A stretch of 35,131 bases of DNA from an uncultured archaeon (GTDB lineage: Archaea; Asgardarchaeota; Lokiarchaeia; Sigyniarchaeales; SOKP01), in assembly GCA_964493715.1 (NCBI GenBank), contig CAZBPC010000026.1:1-35131 (forward strand), given 5' to 3'. Under the pieces are notes generated by a model, which saw only the letters and a program-made list of their open reading frames with translations, searched no databases and was not told the DNA's origin. Below are positions 26,661-35,131 of this stretch, piece after piece (position 1 is the stretch's first letter; each line of letters begins with the position of its first letter). Position numbers and translations under genes: made by a program.

Positions 26661-27032
26661 ATGAGAATCATGAAGAAAATTATTGGAATTCCATCTAATG
26701 GACCAAATTTAAGTGATAATATCTCTGAACATTTTGGTCATTGCAATTATTTTGTAGGAATTAATATCAATGAAGATAACTCCTTTGAAAAGTTATTTGA
26801 TATTCAGAATGAGGGTCATAATGGATGCATGGAACCTGTCATGAAATTAAAAGATAATGAAGTCACTGATGTGATATTAAGTGGCATCGGTGGTAGACCA
26901 TATATGGGATTTTTGCAATTAGGAATACCTATGAGTCAAGGTGTTCCTGGAAAAAGCATTGAAGAAAACGTTAAATTATATCTTAAAGGAGAATTAAAAG
27001 AAATGAAAGGTTCAAGCTGTTCTGATCACTAA
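26661..27032 (+). CDS. NifB/NifX-family (dinitrogenase FeMo-cofactor-binding domain) protein
   Basis: ISEHFGHCNYF, VILSGIGGRP and a C-terminal C/H motif. Confidence 0.85.
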   Translation: MRIMKKIIGIPSNGPNLSDNISEHFGHCNYFVGININEDNSFEKLFDIQNEGHNGCMEPVMKLKDNEVTDVILSGIGGRPYMGFLQLGIPMSQGVPGKSIEENVKLYLKGELKEMKGSSCSDH

Positions 27033-27089
27033 TCACAAATCCTATTCATAGATAGTTAAGAAATAGAAAATTTTATTTTAAATTATTGA

Positions 27090-27764
27090 TCAAACATCGG
27101 GAAATTCTAATGCTTTTGCTTTAGATCCTCCCATCATTTGACTCATTCCACCACCTGATGCTTGTGTTTGCAATCCAAAAAATCGTTGAACTAATGCACT
27201 CATTCCAAAACTGCATAGATAATACCAACCAGTGAAATTTATCCAACCATATGTATTTGGAATTGTCCTTGCGAACCCATAAACTAGTTCTGTCCATGGA
27301 TAAGGGACATTAGTGAATGCGGCAAGCATTTGACCGATAAAAGGAACATCATTTGCATTCATTGGGGATAAAGCTACGGGATTATTTAAGAAAATACCAC
27401 GAACTATTATGAAAATAACAACCATGGGGACGAATGTTATGCATGAAGGTTTTAATCTTTGCAGAGACATGCGTTGCTTGGATTGTTTGAACATTTCATC
27501 CTTCCTTTCCCACCTTTTACGTAATTTTCTGTATTTTTCAGGGTCAGTTTCAGCAAATTCAATAATTTTTGCTTTTTCTTCATCATGACCCTTTTGCGCT
27601 ACTTGTTTTCTTTGCATCTCATCCACGTCAGTAAGCCATTTTGAAAGTGCAGCAGTAATCAATGAAGTCATAACAGATAATAATAAAATGAATATCATCG
27701 AACCCGGCGGATAACTCATCCACTCTAAAAATGGGTTTGTATCTTGTAAAAGAGTAAGTATCAT
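27090..27764 (-). CDS. DUF106 / EMC3-TMCO1 (Oxa1 superfamily) membrane insertase
   Basis: TM1, coiled coil, KPSCITFVP and GWYYLCSF; directly downstream of secY. Confidence 0.88.
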   Translation of the reverse strand: MILTLLQDTNPFLEWMSYPPGSMIFILLLSVMTSLITAALSKWLTDVDEMQRKQVAQKGHDEEKAKIIEFAETDPEKYRKLRKRWERKDEMFKQSKQRMSLQRLKPSCITFVPMVVIFIIVRGIFLNNPVALSPMNANDVPFIGQMLAAFTNVPYPWTELVYGFARTIPNTYGWINFTGWYYLCSFGMSALVQRFFGLQTQASGGGMSQMMGGSKAKALEFPDV

Positions 27765-27843
27765 TATTAAGATAGAATAAGAGTAAGTACATTTTAAATT
27801 TTTCAGATTCTAATCGTTTTTTTCTCTGAGACTAAAATATTAT

Positions 27844-29295
27844 TTAATCTAATCCCAGCATCGAACGCATCCCAGGATACTGATTAGCAGCAACTTCTTT
27901 GCTGATAGATTCAGCATATTGATGGATAATGCCAATAGAGATGAGGAGTCCCGTACCTGAAGTTAAAGCGCCCAAAGTATCGGCGAAAAAGCTCATGACC
28001 GCAATTATAATGCCGTTTATTATTATAAGCGTTGGAATGTACCTTTTTAAGATTCGCTCGATAATTCGTTCTGATGATCTAAAGCCCGGTACTTGCATTC
28101 CGGAGTCGAGAATTTGCTGAGCGATATCTCTGGGGGCGAGACCTGAGACTTCGACCCATAGACGGCCGAGCAATACGCATAAGACAATGAAAATTCCGAG
28201 ATATATCACTGCTCTTTGGGGGGCATTTATAAAATCACCTATTCCTCGAGGAGGCGTGAGGAGCCATAAAATTCCTCCTGTTGGAACGAGATAATTTCCT
28301 TGAGCTCCCGCCGATACGGGCGCAGCAAATGTACCAATTAGATTTAACCAAAATTCTAGTTCGGGAATGCTCCGTAAACTAGAATCTGGTCCTGCTATTA
28401 TTTGGCCGAAGAATAGTAAATTGGCATAGAGGGCATTGACTAATATAACAGGAATATTAGAAACATATAATAGTTTCATGGGATATTTTCCTTTAAACCC
28501 TCTATGTCCACTATAAGCTAGCGGGATCTCAATGCGAGTAGATTCAAACCAAACGACAATAGCAAAAATAACTAATGTCGTGATCCCTCCAACGATAGAA
28601 GGCGCGTTATCTCGATATATGAGATCAGCAGTATTAATATTGGGGTCTGCAAATGATTGTATGAATGATATTAATATTCCACGAGGAGTACCTCCACCAC
28701 CTAAAAAACTAAAGGTGTTCCAAAAGATCTGACCTGCAACACCAGCAGCTATGAATAATGAGACACCACTTCCTATCCCCCATCCTTTTTGAAGGAGTTC
28801 ATCTAATAGTAAGATCACAAGTCCTGCAAAAATCAACTGAAGGAAAATAATCGCTGAAGCAGCGATTGATAAATCTTTACCAAAAGCTCCTCCAATAATG
28901 TAAGCAACACAATTAAAGACTGTTAGTATCATGGCCAGGACTTTTTGAGAGCCACTAAACATTGCTCTATCGTATGGATCTCTCATATCCACCTTAATAA
29001 TTTTAGAACCCATTAATAATTGCATTATAAGACCAGCGGTTACAATAGGACCAATCCCCAATTCAGTAAGAGTTCCTCTATGACTAGCGAGGATTACTCG
29101 AAGCCAATAATAATAGTCTGTTGTATTTGATATATTTACTCCATAAAGAGGGATATTTGATAAAACGATATAAATAACTAATACAACCGCAGTCCAGATG
29201 AATTTTTCTTTGAAGGTTACTTCCCTTTGTGGTTGTTTGATTTCAGGAAGAATTCGAACAAACGGGCTGAAGAATTTCAGGAATTTTCCAGTCAT
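27844..29295 (-). CDS. secY: Protein translocase subunit SecY/Sec61-alpha
   Basis: GTLTELGIGPIVTAG, DELLQKGWGIGSGVSLFI, KLLYVSNIPVI and RYIP motifs. Confidence 0.97.
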   Translation of the reverse strand: MTGKFLKFFSPFVRILPEIKQPQREVTFKEKFIWTAVVLVIYIVLSNIPLYGVNISNTTDYYYWLRVILASHRGTLTELGIGPIVTAGLIMQLLMGSKIIKVDMRDPYDRAMFSGSQKVLAMILTVFNCVAYIIGGAFGKDLSIAASAIIFLQLIFAGLVILLLDELLQKGWGIGSGVSLFIAAGVAGQIFWNTFSFLGGGGTPRGILISFIQSFADPNINTADLIYRDNAPSIVGGITTLVIFAIVVWFESTRIEIPLAYSGHRGFKGKYPMKLLYVSNIPVILVNALYANLLFFGQIIAGPDSSLRSIPELEFWLNLIGTFAAPVSAGAQGNYLVPTGGILWLLTPPRGIGDFINAPQRAVIYLGIFIVLCVLLGRLWVEVSGLAPRDIAQQILDSGMQVPGFRSSERIIERILKRYIPTLIIINGIIIAVMSFFADTLGALTSGTGLLISIGIIHQYAESISKEVAANQYPGMRSMLGLD

Positions 29296-29534
29296 GATCA
29301 ATCAGTTTTTGTATATTTATGTTGCTACTAAAATCATATATATTTTTAGAAAAACTGAAATTAAAAAAAAACTTTGTTATTTACCACTTTTTGATGATAA
29401 AATTATTGAATTGTTGGATGATTTGCTTGCGATAAAATGTTAAAAAAAAAAATAAATAAAAAAATATTTTTTGAATAATTCATGCAAAAAAATGCATTTC
29501 TAAGAAGAGAGAGGTTTTATCCTCTTTTATTTGT

Positions 29535-29831
29535 TTAAAACAAACTTCCTATCCCTGTAGGCTCTTCTTCTTCTTCCTCTTCTTCTTTCTTTTCTTCCTT
29601 AACTTCCGCTGTAGCGGGTGCGGCACCACCAACATGAGCTGCCATTACAGGAGCTGCAGCAGCAGAACTAATAATATCATCAATATTTGCTTCTTTTAGC
29701 CCGGCGACGAGCTTAGTAATCTGAGAATTATCAATATTTGCTCCAGCTGCTTTTAGTACTTTTTCAATAGCACTATCCGTGATACTTTTACCTGCTTTAT
29801 GTAGAAGCAAGGCTGCGTATATACTTTCCAT
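29535..29831 (-). CDS. rpl12: 50S ribosomal stalk protein P1 (aL12)
   Basis: MESIYAALLLH, Ala-rich hinge and acidic tail ending GIGSLF. Confidence 0.96.
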   Translation of the reverse strand: MESIYAALLLHKAGKSITDSAIEKVLKAAGANIDNSQITKLVAGLKEANIDDIISSAAAAPVMAAHVGGAAPATAEVKEEKKEEEEEEEEPTGIGSLF

Positions 29832-29903
29832 TTTACAAATCCTCTTATAAGTTTATTATATTTCAAATGTTAATCAACTATTTTTTCAAAAAAATTATTT
29901 TTA

Positions 29904-30872
29904 TTAACCAAAAAGTCCTCCTATGCCAACTTCTTCATCTTCTTCCTCCTCTTTATCATCTTCAGGAGGCTTGGAAGAACTTCCACTCGTGGGAACCGAG
30001 ATTCCTCCACCTAAAAGTAATGAGTTTAAGATTGTGGCATTTGAAACTGCTTTTTGGATATATTCATCTCTCATGTCTTGAATGTAAACGGGGGAATCAA
30101 ATAAGATCCCGAGTGCTTCTCTATAAGCTTTTTGAATCATTGGTTTAATGGTTTCTTTATCTACAACGCCAAGTTCGATTGCTAATTGTTGAGCCGCAAA
30201 ATAGGCAGATGCTAAATCTTGTTTGAATCCTTCAAGATCCATGTAAATCACGTCGGCTGAGTAGATTTCTCCATCACTCCACGCGTAATGAATTTTAATC
30301 AAGGATTCTATAGGATTTACACCCAACTTCTTTAAGACTGCAGCTTGTTTTACATTCACAAAATCTCCAGCTTTGTGGGTCCTTGTAGGCTCACGTATCC
30401 AAATTGTATCATGTTGAATCTGGGTGGGTAATCGCAACGTCATGTTAAGTTCACTAATGACTTGCCCAGTTGGTAGACCAGTATCTCCAGCAGGAACCCA
30501 AATATCAATCGGAGTTATATCATCTGGTTTAGCTGGAACCATCCATAAATTATCATTAAAAATCTTCTTTAATTCAAAAACATCAATGTCTGTAAAGCAC
30601 AACGCTGATTGTCCGGGAAGGTTATCAACAAGATAATCCAAATTCTTCTTCGCTGATTCATTTTTGAACCGTTCAATAGCTCTAATTTGCAAATTTTTCT
30701 TTGACATTTTAATAATTGCTTTTCCACGTAATAACTTTCGAATGTCTTGAACTTGTTTGTCATTCAAGCTAGCAACTTTCAGCACCATTACATATTTGTA
30801 TTTATTGAATAGTTCTATCAGATAATCAACTTCATCTAATTTCCATTGAGGGATATGCTTTTTTCCAATCAT
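29904..30872 (-). CDS. rpl10: 50S ribosomal protein uL10 (P0)
   Basis: IPQWK, VPAGDTG, AAVLKKLGVNP and acidic tail GIGGLFG. Confidence 0.96.
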   Translation of the reverse strand: MIGKKHIPQWKLDEVDYLIELFNKYKYVMVLKVASLNDKQVQDIRKLLRGKAIIKMSKKNLQIRAIERFKNESAKKNLDYLVDNLPGQSALCFTDIDVFELKKIFNDNLWMVPAKPDDITPIDIWVPAGDTGLPTGQVISELNMTLRLPTQIQHDTIWIREPTRTHKAGDFVNVKQAAVLKKLGVNPIESLIKIHYAWSDGEIYSADVIYMDLEGFKQDLASAYFAAQQLAIELGVVDKETIKPMIQKAYREALGILFDSPVYIQDMRDEYIQKAVSNATILNSLLLGGGISVPTSGSSSKPPEDDKEEEEDEEVGIGGLFG

Positions 30873-30876
30873 TTAA

Positions 30877-31605
30877 TCACACCTTTACGCTTTTTAAGAA
30901 TTGTTCATCAATTTTTACAGGGCGTCCCATCGTAGTTTTTAAATACATTGATTTGATATTATTATATTTATGGGGTAGTTGATCTGCTACATAATTCACA
31001 ACCGTCTTAAGATTTTCGAATAGTTTCTCTTGTTCCATTGATTTCTTCCCGATTTTAACTTGAACTGTTGGTTGTTTTTTTAACTGAATTCGAATGACTT
31101 TTAAATAACGTTCGATGGTCATTTTAAGATCTTCAGCATTTGAGATGATTCCGTATCCACTTGGAAATGGTTTTGGCATTTTTCCCAAGGGTCCTAAAAA
31201 TCGAGCTAAGTATCGGGCAACATTTGGCATCATTTTATCTTCTACAATGAAAAAGTCATAGTTTTTTACAAATTTTTTCTTTTGTTTCTTTTCTTCATTG
31301 TTCATTTTAACTAATCCATCAGAATCAATTGTATCTAAACCTAAATTCTTTGCTTCCATTAGAACTTCATCAGAAGCAATAACGCATACGTTTGGTTTAT
31401 CCATAAGCAGAATATCATAAGGAAGAATAATTTCCTTATCAATTCTCTGCTTTGGGTCACTTAAGTTTATATCCTTGAGGTTGATTACAAAATCAAGAGT
31501 CTCGTCAAATTTCCGATTTTTATCTTTAAAACCCTCTTTTTTAAAAGCCGAAAACTCAATAGCAGCACTAATTGATTTTTTCAACAATTTATCGTCTACT
31601 TTCAT
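30877..31605 (-). CDS. rpl1: 50S ribosomal protein uL1
   Basis: RKFDETLDFVINLK, LGPLGKMPKP and YLKTTMG motifs. Confidence 0.96.
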   Translation of the reverse strand: MKVDDKLLKKSISAAIEFSAFKKEGFKDKNRKFDETLDFVINLKDINLSDPKQRIDKEIILPYDILLMDKPNVCVIASDEVLMEAKNLGLDTIDSDGLVKMNNEEKKQKKKFVKNYDFFIVEDKMMPNVARYLARFLGPLGKMPKPFPSGYGIISNAEDLKMTIERYLKVIRIQLKKQPTVQVKIGKKSMEQEKLFENLKTVVNYVADQLPHKYNNIKSMYLKTTMGRPVKIDEQFLKSVKV

Positions 31606-31608
31606 TGT

Positions 31609-32141
31609 TTATATCTCCCCCGTAATTCTATCATCATAATCTCCATTATCAATACGTTCTTGAATCTTACGTGGATCTTCCCCTTCCACTGTTACCCCTA
31701 TTGATAAAGCAGTCCCCAATACAGATTTAATGGCTGCTTTGTACGTTCGGTTTAAGAAAATCTCTTTTTTTGCTTCGACGACGTTCATGATTTGATCCAA
31801 TTTCATATCGCCAATCTTGTTAGATGAGCAAGAATCACTCCCCTTTTGAACTCCAATCTCCTTTAAAAGTAACGAGGCAGTCGAGGGAGTCTCTATGAAG
31901 ATTTCAAACTTTTTAGTCTCAGGATCACATACAATTCTAACTGGTACAGTTAAACCTTTGAATAACATTGTCTTTTCGTTTACTGTGTCGACCACGTCTT
32001 TTATGTTTATACCCGTGGGTCCAACGGCAGGTCCTTTACCTTTTATTATTAAAACGATTTGTTTTAGGAAATAGGCGGCCCGCCTGATGCACTTCCACCA
32101 GTCACGAGAGCTTTTATGGTTATTTTTCCTTTTTCACTCAC
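31609..32141 (-). CDS. rpl11: 50S ribosomal protein uL11, split by a 35-nt intron: complement(join(31609..32035,32071..32141)), 165 aa
   Basis: GTG start at 32141 with GGTGAG RBS. Exon 1 MSEKGKITIKALVTGGSASGGPP(I), then TCC TAA. Exon 2 in another frame, GPAVGPTGINIKDVVDTVNEKT... Joining restores the conserved GPPxGPAxGPxG. Confidence 0.93.
32036..32070 (-). other. Putative BHB-type mRNA intron in rpl11 (35 nt)
   Basis: Central helix GCCU/AGGU, bulges AU|U and AA|A, exon-exon helix GGCGGGCC/GG(A)CCUGCC, internal hairpin UAAAAC/GUUUUA. Confidence 0.85.
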
Positions 32142-32190
32142 ATGTACTCACCGTATTCTTTTTATTATATAGATTTATTATCAAAATATA

Positions 32191-32290
32191 TCTTTAAGGT
32201 TAAGAACGCGAATTTACTATTTATGAATAATTCATTTCCGATATCTTAATTATATCGAAACCGCATCAAATTGCGTCCTAAGCCTTTAGA
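32191..32290 (-). promoter_or_regulatory. Structured RNA element upstream of rpl11 (candidate leader or ncRNA)
   Basis: Long imperfect stem AAGGCUUAGGACGCAAUUU / AAAUUCGCGUUCUUAACCUU enclosing hairpin UUUCGAUAU/AUAUCGGAA. Confidence 0.5.
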
Positions 32291-32350
32291 ATAAAATTTT
32301 GAACTTAGTATGATTTAAAATATAACAAGATTAAAAAATTTTATTAAACA

Positions 32351-35131
32351 TTAAATAGTTCGATATTCCATAATATCCTTGATAATTAACTTTACCTCTT
32401 CCATCTCAATTCTTTTATAATCATATCCTTCTGCTGTGGGTATATATTTTTGTATATTGGATGCCCAAGAGAATGTAAAATCATTTAACCTATCTATCGC
32501 TTTCTGGATATCTTTCTCTTCCCAATTTATAAGTTCCTTTAACTTTTTAGGGTTCTTTGAATAGACTGCGTCTTCTATTACTTTGGAATTCTTTTCAATT
32601 ACTTTTTCAATTTTTTTTAAACGCAAAATGGTTTTTTCCCGAGTATTAACTTTAATATTATCTCTTCTAAGATTACCCTCTAAACCCGATATTATATTAT
32701 GAGTCAAATATTCTCTCACTAAATAGTCTCCTTTTCTAAACTTTTCTGGAGGTTTAATAGGAATGAAAACAAGATCGTTTTCTGATCTCCCTACAGGATT
32801 ATAATGAAAATGATGAAAATTCGCATAAATCTTGCAAATATTTTTTGATGTAATTTTGTTACCCCATATATCAAAACCATCGAATGGACTAAAACCAAGC
32901 ATCAATAAAAATCTCTTTACACGTAATTTATGAGAAAAAAAGTAATTCTGATATTTTCCATATCTCTCTTGTTCTCTTATTTTTTTTTGGGTTTTTTTTT
33001 CTGTATATTGATAAAAATCTCTTCTTTTACATTCAAACTTTTCAAGAAGAATTCTTAATGTTTGTTTACTCTTATCATTAGCTTGAAGATTATTAATTAA
33101 TTCGTTGAATTTTTCAACAAAAAACTCAAGATTTGATTCTTTATTAAAAACATTTGGATTTGCTAATTTCTCTAATAATCTACTTGCCTTTTTATTTTTT
33201 GATATAAATTGTAAGTCATTCATTAAATCTGTAAATCTATCTTTATAGAATTTTAAAGTTTCAAGAATTAAATCAATCAAAACAACATTGTCAATTCTCT
33301 CCATATTTTCATATTCAATTTGTGTCTTTAATAAAAAATCTTTTAAATTCTCTTCATCAAATATTATAATAGAATGTTGGATGTTTATATGACTCTCCAA
33401 TTGTTTCATAACTTTATAAAAAATATTTCGAAGATTATACCCATTTTCTTTTAATTTATCTACAAATCCTTTTTTAAATATAGGCTCATATTCTAAAATT
33501 GAATAGTATGCTAAGCTGGCAGCTAAATACTTTGGGTGTTTTGTTATTATTGTATTTTCATTAAATCCATTAGAAATTGCTTCTGAATAAAGATCTAATG
33601 CCCGTTTAATATATAAATCTCTATTCTTTTCAACGAAAATTCCTACAAATTTCTTTAGGAATTCCTTTACTTTCTGAAAATCAACCTCTTGCTTGTCATT
33701 ATAGAACCTTTTTGGTCTATAAAGTAAATTCTCTTTTACATCTTCAGTTAAGTAATCGTAAATAAATGCTACAGTAGAATAATTTGAATCCTTATAATCT
33801 GGGAAATAAAAATCAGAAAATTCGGTCATACTTAATGACTCAGAAACTTTAGAATCTTGGTGTTTATATGCCAAAAAAATAAAAGCAACAGACATATTTT
33901 TAGGCGATGAAAACCATTTATTTCTTTCAATTATTTCTTGAAAAGAAAAAACTTTTGGTGGGTTCTGTGCATTTTCAAGTAGATTAATTGACAAATTTTT
34001 AATAATCTCTGAATTTGGAAGATGTAGTGAAAATTTTAAAAGATTATCTCTTATTTTTTGAATAAATGAATTATTAGGGTCTTTCACCCTAATAATTTCC
34101 TTATCATTATCTTTAAAACCCTGAAAATTGTATTCTTCCTTAATCTTTCTGGGTTTATATGTTACATTTTGCTTTTGATAATTAGAAAGATATTTATAAA
34201 TTACAGGAATTGTATTCGTAATCGCCAGTTTCATAGTCGTTTTATCTGGAAAAAAATCTTTGATAAACTCCATTACTCCATAGATTTTGTATTTTGGATG
34301 TCTTTGGCAATAAATTCTTCCTCTTAAAGCGAAATATATTATACTCACTGCCAAGTATCTAACATTTGTTTTATAACCTAGAGGTAAATCATCAACTCTT
34401 AGTTTGGGTGGATTATCAACTAAATCTTTAAAAATATCATGTGCTAATTGAGATAATAACTCTGAATCTTCAAATTGTGATGAAAATTGTGAAATAAATT
34501 CTAAAGTTTTATTGGAAGGACGTGAATTAGAACCCCTGGCTGATGTTGTTGGAAAGCGATCGTTCAATCGAATTTTATGCTTAAATTGAAGATATCTAGC
34601 AGTGTTGGTTACAAAATCTCTTGAAACGCCATATTTATTACTTAATTCAGTTATAGAATCATTTAACGTTGAATCTAAAATATTTAGCATTAACTTTCCT
34701 AAAATCGAAATATATTTTTTTTTATTTCCTAATCTTTCTTTTGCTTCATTTTTATAGCTTATATTTGACGAATCTATCTTCTCATTAGAACTAAGAATAC
34801 CTATAGCGCTTAATAGTGCTTCAAGTATTGTATCAGAATTAAAATCATTTGATTTCGGTGAATTTTTAGCTATATAATTATAAACTACATCCCTAACTTT
34901 ATGATAAAATTTCCCTCTAAAGCTATTTGTAATAGGGGTTCTAAAATTTTCACTATCTTTTGCATTTTCTTTAGTTTCTAAACTCCTTATATTTGATTGA
35001 ATTTTGCTAAAATCATATGTATTTAAATCCCTAAATATGATTGCATCAAATTTTTCAATTGGACCTTTATTCCATAATTCAGAAACTAGTAGGAAAACTT
35101 GTTTTACTAACCATCTTAGATATACAACGAA
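32351..35131 (-). CDS. Large hypothetical protein (at least 926 aa, 5' end outside the window) with TFIIB/cyclin-like repeats and a possible C-terminal HNH-like motif
   Basis: Hand translation shows the frame open without stops from 34691 to the window end. Repeats ...RYLAVSIIYFALR, ...PKNMSVAFIFLAYK, ...PKYLAASLAYYSIL; FHHFHYN...NDLVFIP...H near the C-terminus. Confidence 0.7.
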   Translation of the reverse strand, partial: FVVYLRWLVKQVFLLVSELWNKGPIEKFDAIIFRDLNTYDFSKIQSNIRSLETKENAKDSENFRTPITNSFRGKFYHKVRDVVYNYIAKNSPKSNDFNSDTILEALLSAIGILSSNEKIDSSNISYKNEAKERLGNKKKYISILGKLMLNILDSTLNDSITELSNKYGVSRDFVTNTARYLQFKHKIRLNDRFPTTSARGSNSRPSNKTLEFISQFSSQFEDSELLSQLAHDIFKDLVDNPPKLRVDDLPLGYKTNVRYLAVSIIYFALRGRIYCQRHPKYKIYGVMEFIKDFFPDKTTMKLAITNTIPVIYKYLSNYQKQNVTYKPRKIKEEYNFQGFKDNDKEIIRVKDPNNSFIQKIRDNLLKFSLHLPNSEIIKNLSINLLENAQNPPKVFSFQEIIERNKWFSSPKNMSVAFIFLAYKHQDSKVSESLSMTEFSDFYFPDYKDSNYSTVAFIYDYLTEDVKENLLYRPKRFYNDKQEVDFQKVKEFLKKFVGIFVEKNRDLYIKRALDLYSEAISNGFNENTIITKHPKYLAASLAYYSILEYEPIFKKGFVDKLKENGYNLRNIFYKVMKQLESHINIQHSIIIFDEENLKDFLLKTQIEYENMERIDNVVLIDLILETLKFYKDRFTDLMNDLQFISKNKKASRLLEKLANPNVFNKESNLEFFVEKFNELINNLQANDKSKQTLRILLEKFECKRRDFYQYTEKKTQKKIREQERYGKYQNYFFSHKLRVKRFLLMLGFSPFDGFDIWGNKITSKNICKIYANFHHFHYNPVGRSENDLVFIPIKPPEKFRKGDYLVREYLTHNIISGLEGNLRRDNIKVNTREKTILRLKKIEKVIEKNSKVIEDAVYSKNPKKLKELINWEEKDIQKAIDRLNDFTFSWASNIQKYIPTAEGYDYKRIEMEEVKLIIKDIMEYRTI

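Noticed and set aside
29302-29358. Inverted repeat TCAGTTTTT/AAAAACTGA upstream of secY
   Set aside because: No BHB geometry, low-complexity arms, and it overlaps probable TATA sequence.
1597-30763. Many short antisense or overlapping ORFs in the ORF track (for example 3029-3493, 4886-5257, 6702-7073, 13031-13408, 29867-30148)
   Set aside because: Shadow frames of well-supported genes with no recognisable motifs.
14356-31605. UGA-terminated genes as possible selenoproteins (ends at 15066, 18850, 21149, 23375, 25012, 27090, 30877)
   Set aside because: The recognisable proteins are already full length at the UGA, no Cys-homologous position is evident, and no SECIS was recognised.
31609-31995. 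ORF-track 128-aa N-terminally truncated L11
   Set aside because: The missing conserved N-terminus with its RBS is present upstream, beyond a 35-nt insert.
32221-32272. Possible SECIS element (UGAU...UGAA flanking a hairpin) downstream of the large ORF
   Set aside because: The helix next to the putative core is unpaired, and the visible part of the ORF has no in-frame UGA.
1-35131. CRISPR arrays, rRNA genes, transposases or integrases
   Set aside because: No spaced direct repeats, rRNA-like sequence or recombinase motifs were seen.

Overview
AT-rich archaeal chromosomal window, most likely from an Asgard archaeon of the Lokiarchaeia type. This is inferred from archaeal r-proteins, a SepSecS/SelB/9-4 tRNA-Sec system, and roadblock, Vps28-like, Yip1 and Loki-CTERM-like proteins. 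It holds the S3-to-L15 part of the S10/spc r-protein cluster, selenocysteine machinery, three tRNA genes (Sec; Ile-UAU with three introns; Ser-GGA with one intron), L34e-cmk-L14e, and an oppositely oriented L11-L1-L10-L12 / secY-DUF106 block. Main discovery: two essential r-protein genes (uS8, uL11) are broken by short stop-containing inserts of 29 and 35 nt. Their ends fall exactly at the cut positions of tRNA-type bulge-helix-bulge (BHB) motifs, and removing them restores full-length conserved proteins. A third, canonical BHB element of 31 nt sits in the 5' UTR of eL14. This points to tRNA-splicing-endonuclease-dependent mRNA introns in ribosomal protein operons. All pairings were worked out by hand; no database searches or folding programs were run.
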